From assembly GCA_963708295.1 (NCBI GenBank), contig CAVPSJ010000017.1, positions 448,001 through 512,000 on the forward strand: 64,000 nt of DNA. Direction: 5' to 3'. Both the position numbers and the translations under genes were made by a program. Shown in pieces: positions 60,730 through 64,000 of this stretch (the first letter of the stretch is position 1; the number at the start of each line of letters is the position of its first letter). This DNA comes from an uncultured delta proteobacterium (GTDB lineage: Bacteria > Desulfobacterota > BSN033 > UBA1163). The notes beneath the pieces were generated by a model. The model ran no database searches. It was not told the origin of the DNA and was given only the letters and a program-made list of their open reading frames with translations.

Positions 60730-62325
60730 ATGGATTTGATCCGTCCTTCTATGACGATACCCTTGGAGCCTTTGACTTTCCCGCTTCGCAGGGCGGCGCA
60801 AAAATACCCGGGAAAAGTGGCGGTGATCGAACCTGAGAAAGGTGGAAAGGATTATTCTTATCAGTGGCTGGAGGAAAATTCGTCAGCCCTTGCCGCTTCC
60901 CTGGCAGACATGGGAGTAGAACCGCGGGACCGTATCGCCCTCTGGATGAAGAACAGTCTGGAATACATCCTCTCTTTCTACGGGATTCTGAAGGCAGGAG
61001 GCGTCGTTGTCCCCATAAGCACCCATTACGGAGAGAGAGAGGTTCTTCACCAATTGAAAGAGACAGAAGTCAAGGGCATGATCGCCTCGGACAACCTGTA
61101 TGCCCAAGCAGAAAGCCCCATTTCAGAGGTCCAGGGGTTGCGATTCGTCGTGCTTGAAGGGCCTGCCCTGAACCATGCCGGTACTGGGCAGGGGGAACGG
61201 CCTTTGGCCGCCATCCCCTTTTCGACGCTCCTTGCGAGATCGGATCGACTGGATCGTTCCATCGGAATTGATCCCAAAGAAGAGATTGCCGTTCTCCCGT
61301 TCTCGAGCGGCACAACCGGCCTTCCCAAAGGAGTCATGCTTACCCACTTCAATCTCCTCAGTTGTCTTTACCAGGTTGTTCAGGTCCATGAGATTTCGGA
61401 AACGGATGTCATGATTAACCAGCTTCCCTTTTTTCATATTTACGGGATGACGGTTCTGATGGGAACATCCGTCATGGCCGGGGCCACCCAGGTTCTGGCG
61501 AGTCGTTTCCGCCCCGTGGACGAATTTCTCTCCCTGTTTGAAACCTATCGACCAACGCTTTTTTTTACCGTTCCGTTGATCATCCAGGAATTCTGCCACC
61601 ATCCAAAGGTTTTGACCATGGACTGGAGCCGTCTCCGGTACGTCAATGCAGGGGGAGCGATCCTCTCCCCCGACGTGCAGGAGAGGTTTACACAGATCAC
61701 AGGGGTCCCTGTCATGCAGGGATACGGTCTTACCGAATCTTCACCGACCACCCACGTGACCCCCATCGGGAAGATCAAGATGGGATCCATCGGGCTTCCG
61801 TTGTTTGCGACAGAAGATAAAATCGTCGACCCGGAAACAGGGGCCGAATTGGGGCCGTGGGAGACTGGAGAACTCTGGGTTCGGGGACCGCAGGTGATGA
61901 AGGGATACTACAATAATCCGCAAGCAACCGCGCAGGCCTTGGTCGATGGATGGCTTCGGACAGGGGACTTGGCGCGGAAAGATGAGGAAGGATATGTTTA
62001 CGTTGTCGACCGCCTAAAAGAAGTAATTAAATGCAGGGGATTCCAGGTGCCTCCTGCTGAGATTGAGAACATCCTGCTCAGCCACCCGGATATCAAAGAT
62101 GCGGCAGTCATTGGGGAGTCCCATCCGGAGTACGGCGAGGTTCCCATAGCCTATGTGGTGCTCCGGGACAAGGCCAGCCTTGTCCCGGAGGCCATCATCC
62201 AATACGCGGCACAGGGATTGGCCAAGTACAAACGGCTGGCCAAAGTGGTGTTTACGGAGACGATTCCGCGCAGTGCTTCGGGTAAAGTATTACGCCGGCT
62301 TCTGAAGAACTCGCCATCGGGATGA
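60730..62325 (+). CDS. acyl-CoA ligase (4-coumarate-CoA ligase-like AMP-binding)
   Basis: FSSGTTGLPKG, QGYGLTE, TGD, VDRLKE, PRSASGK. Confidence 0.92.
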   Translation: MDLIRPSMTIPLEPLTFPLRRAAQKYPGKVAVIEPEKGGKDYSYQWLEENSSALAASLADMGVEPRDRIALWMKNSLEYILSFYGILKAGGVVVPISTHYGEREVLHQLKETEVKGMIASDNLYAQAESPISEVQGLRFVVLEGPALNHAGTGQGERPLAAIPFSTLLARSDRLDRSIGIDPKEEIAVLPFSSGTTGLPKGVMLTHFNLLSCLYQVVQVHEISETDVMINQLPFFHIYGMTVLMGTSVMAGATQVLASRFRPVDEFLSLFETYRPTLFFTVPLIIQEFCHHPKVLTMDWSRLRYVNAGGAILSPDVQERFTQITGVPVMQGYGLTESSPTTHVTPIGKIKMGSIGLPLFATEDKIVDPETGAELGPWETGELWVRGPQVMKGYYNNPQATAQALVDGWLRTGDLARKDEEGYVYVVDRLKEVIKCRGFQVPPAEIENILLSHPDIKDAAVIGESHPEYGEVPIAYVVLRDKASLVPEAIIQYAAQGLAKYKRLAKVVFTETIPRSASGKVLRRLLKNSPSG

Positions 62326-62380
62326 CTGAAAAGGGATCAGAGACGCAATCAAAAAATTGTCGAAGAAAAGGAGACATAAA

Positions 62381-63556
62381 TTGAACGATGCAGTGATCGT
62401 AAGCGCAGCAAGACTTCCCATCGGAAAGTTTGGCGGGACGTTGAAAGACGTGAGCGATTGGGATCTGGGAACGATCGTCATCGCAGAGGCCATAAAAAGA
62501 GCGGGTGTTAATGGGGATGACATCGATGAGGTCGTCATGGCGCATGGCTTCAGAACCGGCGATCTCCCTGCGAACTCTTCCAGAGCGGTTGCGCTTCGAG
62601 CCGGAGTCCCCATCCAGGTTCCGCAATTTACAATCAATAAAGCATGTGGGGGGAGCCTGAGGGCGGTTGCCTTAGCCGCACAATTGATCAAAGCCGGGGA
62701 AAATGAGGCCATTGTTGCCGGAGGGATGGAAAGCATGAGTCGGGCCGCTTTCATCATCACCAAGGCCCGATGGGGCTATCGTCTCGGCCACGGTCAGCTC
62801 ATTGACCCATTGGTGCTCTTCGATCCGATTTCGGGTTCTTCACTCGGACAGACCGGGGAGAACGTGGCCGACCTTTATAGGATCTTCCGTGAGGACCAGG
62901 ATCGCTTCGCTCTCTTAAGCCAGCAGAGAGCTGAAAACGCCATTAAGGGCAATAGATTTAAGGAAGAGATCGTGGGTGTCCAGGTTCCCGGTAAGCCTCC
63001 CGTGATGTTCGATACCGATGAACATCCGCGGTTCGGCACCACATTGGAGGCGCTTTCCAAACTGAAGCCTGCCTTCAGGGAAGACGGCACGATCACGGCT
63101 GGAAATGCAAGCGGCCTGAACGATGGAGCCTCTGCCGTCGTGGTGATGTCTCGGAAGAAGGCGAAGGAAATGGACATCCGTCCCCTCGTATCGATACGCT
63201 CTCATGCGTCGGTCGGGGTGAAGCCTGAAATCATGGGAATCGGTCCCGTCCCTGCAACCCAACAGGCGCTGCAAAAGGCCGGTTTGGAACTCAAAGACGT
63301 CGATTTGATCGAGTTGAACGAAGCCTTCGCGGCCCAGTCGTTGGCGGTGGTCAGAGAACTCCATTTCGACATGGAGAAAGTCAACGTCAATGGCGGCGCG
63401 ATCGCCTTGGGCCATCCGATCTCTGCGACAGGCTCCATTCTTTTGACGAAGCTCATCTACGAGATGAAGAGACGGAATGCTCAATTCGGATTGGTGACGA
63501 TGTGCATTGCAGGAGGCCAAGGGATTGCGATGATCGTTGAAAATGAGCGGACTTAG
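62381..63556 (+). CDS. thiolase (acetyl-CoA C-acetyltransferase)
   Basis: NKACGG, NEAF, GHPISATG, CIAGG; TTG start after AGGAG. Confidence 0.92.
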   Translation: MNDAVIVSAARLPIGKFGGTLKDVSDWDLGTIVIAEAIKRAGVNGDDIDEVVMAHGFRTGDLPANSSRAVALRAGVPIQVPQFTINKACGGSLRAVALAAQLIKAGENEAIVAGGMESMSRAAFIITKARWGYRLGHGQLIDPLVLFDPISGSSLGQTGENVADLYRIFREDQDRFALLSQQRAENAIKGNRFKEEIVGVQVPGKPPVMFDTDEHPRFGTTLEALSKLKPAFREDGTITAGNASGLNDGASAVVVMSRKKAKEMDIRPLVSIRSHASVGVKPEIMGIGPVPATQQALQKAGLELKDVDLIELNEAFAAQSLAVVRELHFDMEKVNVNGGAIALGHPISATGSILLTKLIYEMKRRNAQFGLVTMCIAGGQGIAMIVENERT

Positions 63557-63592
63557 AGATGGATCGGCATCAGTGGTTGGAAGGAGAAGTCA

Positions 63593-64000
63593 ATGGAACG
63601 AAAACTTGCCTATTATGAGATGAAGGGCCAGACGGCCATCGTCACCATCGATCATCCCCCCATGAATGCTCTGGATGTGGCGACCAAGGAGGCCGTTGGC
63701 GAAGTCTTCAGGGAGTTGGATGAGCGGAGACAGGAGATCCGGGCAGTCGTACTGCACGGGGCGGGCGAGAAAGCCTTCGCCGCAGGAGCCGATATCAAAA
63801 CGTTCTTAGAATTGAATCCGGATACGGCAAAGAGACGCCTCTCGCGGAGTCACCAAATTTACGCCGTGGTTGAAGACTTTAAGTGGCCGGTCATTGCTGC
63901 GATCCATGGTTTTTGCCTGGGTGCGGGGTTGGAGCTGGCGCTCTGCTGCGATATCCGTTGTGCGGAAGAAACGGCCAAATTAGGCTTCCCCGAGGTGAAC
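63593..64000 (+). CDS. enoyl-CoA hydratase/crotonase family protein (partial, runs off the window)
   Basis: Manual translation: PPMNAL, AFAAGADI, GAGLELALCCDIR, LGFPEV; AAGGAG RBS. Confidence 0.9.
   Translation, partial: MERKLAYYEMKGQTAIVTIDHPPMNALDVATKEAVGEVFRELDERRQEIRAVVLHGAGEKAFAAGADIKTFLELNPDTAKRRLSRSHQIYAVVEDFKWPVIAAIHGFCLGAGLELALCCDIRCAEETAKLGFPEVN

Overview
This is a gene-dense bacterial window with no rRNA, CRISPR array or prophage. Gene content suggests an anaerobic Desulfobacterota/deltaproteobacterium-like genome (inference). The left end (0-10 kb) holds an IS200/IS605-like end hairpin, pyk, tRNA-Asp(GTC) and a GH57 glucanotransferase. Then comes a co-oriented cluster of a Rho_N-type basic protein, a GT2 glycosyltransferase, an orphan ParB-domain protein and a spore-photoproduct-lyase-like radical SAM enzyme that lacks the canonical H-transfer residues. 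A REP-associated tyrosine transposase (RAYT) with REPs inside its own ORF and an SDR follow. The remaining ~54 kb is a carboxylic-acid uptake and acyl-CoA catabolism superlocus: four LIV/HAAT ABC transporters, three acyl-CoA ligases, four thiolases, two inverted acyl-CoA dehydrogenase paralogs, FadN, FadB, Hbd, two AbfD-like dehydratases, MaoC, an OYE-family reductase, a LarA-family enzyme and TetR/MerR regulators. About 15 genes are split by small frameshifts, most likely long-read indel errors. Most intergenic gaps hold short fold-back elements from several families. These nest inside each other (filled and empty sites are directly comparable), supply stop codons or a Shine-Dalgarno, and appear to insert in-frame into proteins. 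All calls come from reading motifs by eye; no searches were run.
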